Assembly: GCF_018350175.1 (NCBI RefSeq)
Contig: NC_058368.1
Coordinates: forward strand, 46,874,001 to 46,938,000
Source of the DNA: Felis catus
Taxonomy: Eukaryota
Length of the DNA: 64,000 bases
Direction: 5' to 3'
Shown: in pieces, positions 63,519 to 64,000 of the stretch
How positions within the stretch are numbered: the stretch's first letter is position 1
Layout of the letters: each line of letters starts with the position of its first letter
The notes under the pieces: generated by a model
The model's input: the letters and a program-made list of their open reading frames with translations, nothing else
Database searches by the model: none
What the model was told of the DNA's origin: nothing
Translations under genes and position numbers: made by a program

Positions 63519-64000
63519 CAGCACACCTTTAGCAGTAATGAAACAATAGGGGGAAAATAGTCTACGTCCGTTTAAAAAGAAAGTTTAATATACAAAAGTG
63601 GTTCTCAGGCAGATACATTACAAAAAGTTGGTCCAGGGCTAAGAAAACGGCAACGTGATATTCTATAGGTCATGACGTTGTACGGAAATTTCCCAACTCT
63701 CTCTAATACGTACAATTCCCAAAATAAGTGCAGAACTTGCAGCTATTCTGAGAACCCTTGGAGCAAATTTCTCTAGACAAGCTTTGTTATTAATCATCCT
63801 AATTTTGCTCATGTTGTGTTACATTGGGGAAAAATAGTTGTCCAATGGACAAGTACACTCCTAAACAAAATGCTCATCTTTTTCTTAAGAGTCAAAACGG
63901 AAGGCTAATAAAGACCATTTAAAATAAAAGGGCCCATTACTCCTCAGTTTTATATGAGCTTACATGCTTTCATTGTGCAGAGTGTGTTATTAATTTCACA

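Noticed and set aside
1..64000. tRNA genes, CRISPR arrays, prokaryotic systems, NUMT or endogenous viral ORFs
   Set aside because: All A/B-box sequences belong to SINEs; no repeat-spacer array, operon-like ORFs, mitochondrial or viral protein motifs were seen.

Overview
AT-rich, CpG-poor mammalian genomic DNA from a carnivore, almost certainly a felid: about 23 tRNA-derived CAN-SINEs are present, including five near-identical young SINEC_Fc-type copies with intact target-site duplications (TSDs). I find no recognisable protein-coding gene, RNA gene, NUMT or viral ORF. The supplied ORFs come from SINEs, purine-rich microsatellites, LTR/LINE remnants or chance. The window reads as intronic or intergenic sequence. 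It is layered with old repeats (MIR, L2, CR1/L3, HAL1, L1M, MaLR/ERVL LTRs, MER5A1, MER20, Tigger2a) and has several repeat-poor tracts that may contain regulatory elements. The most unusual observations are a 29-bp SINE head alone between 16-bp TSDs, a SINE inserted into another SINE's TSD, a 51-bp tandem duplication carrying a hairpin, CpG-dense patches, a promoter-like motif set near the right end and a few splice-site-bounded candidate exons. I see no convincing new biological system. Repeat family names come from recalled consensus sequences, not from a RepeatMasker or Dfam run, so subfamily labels and boundaries of old elements are approximate.
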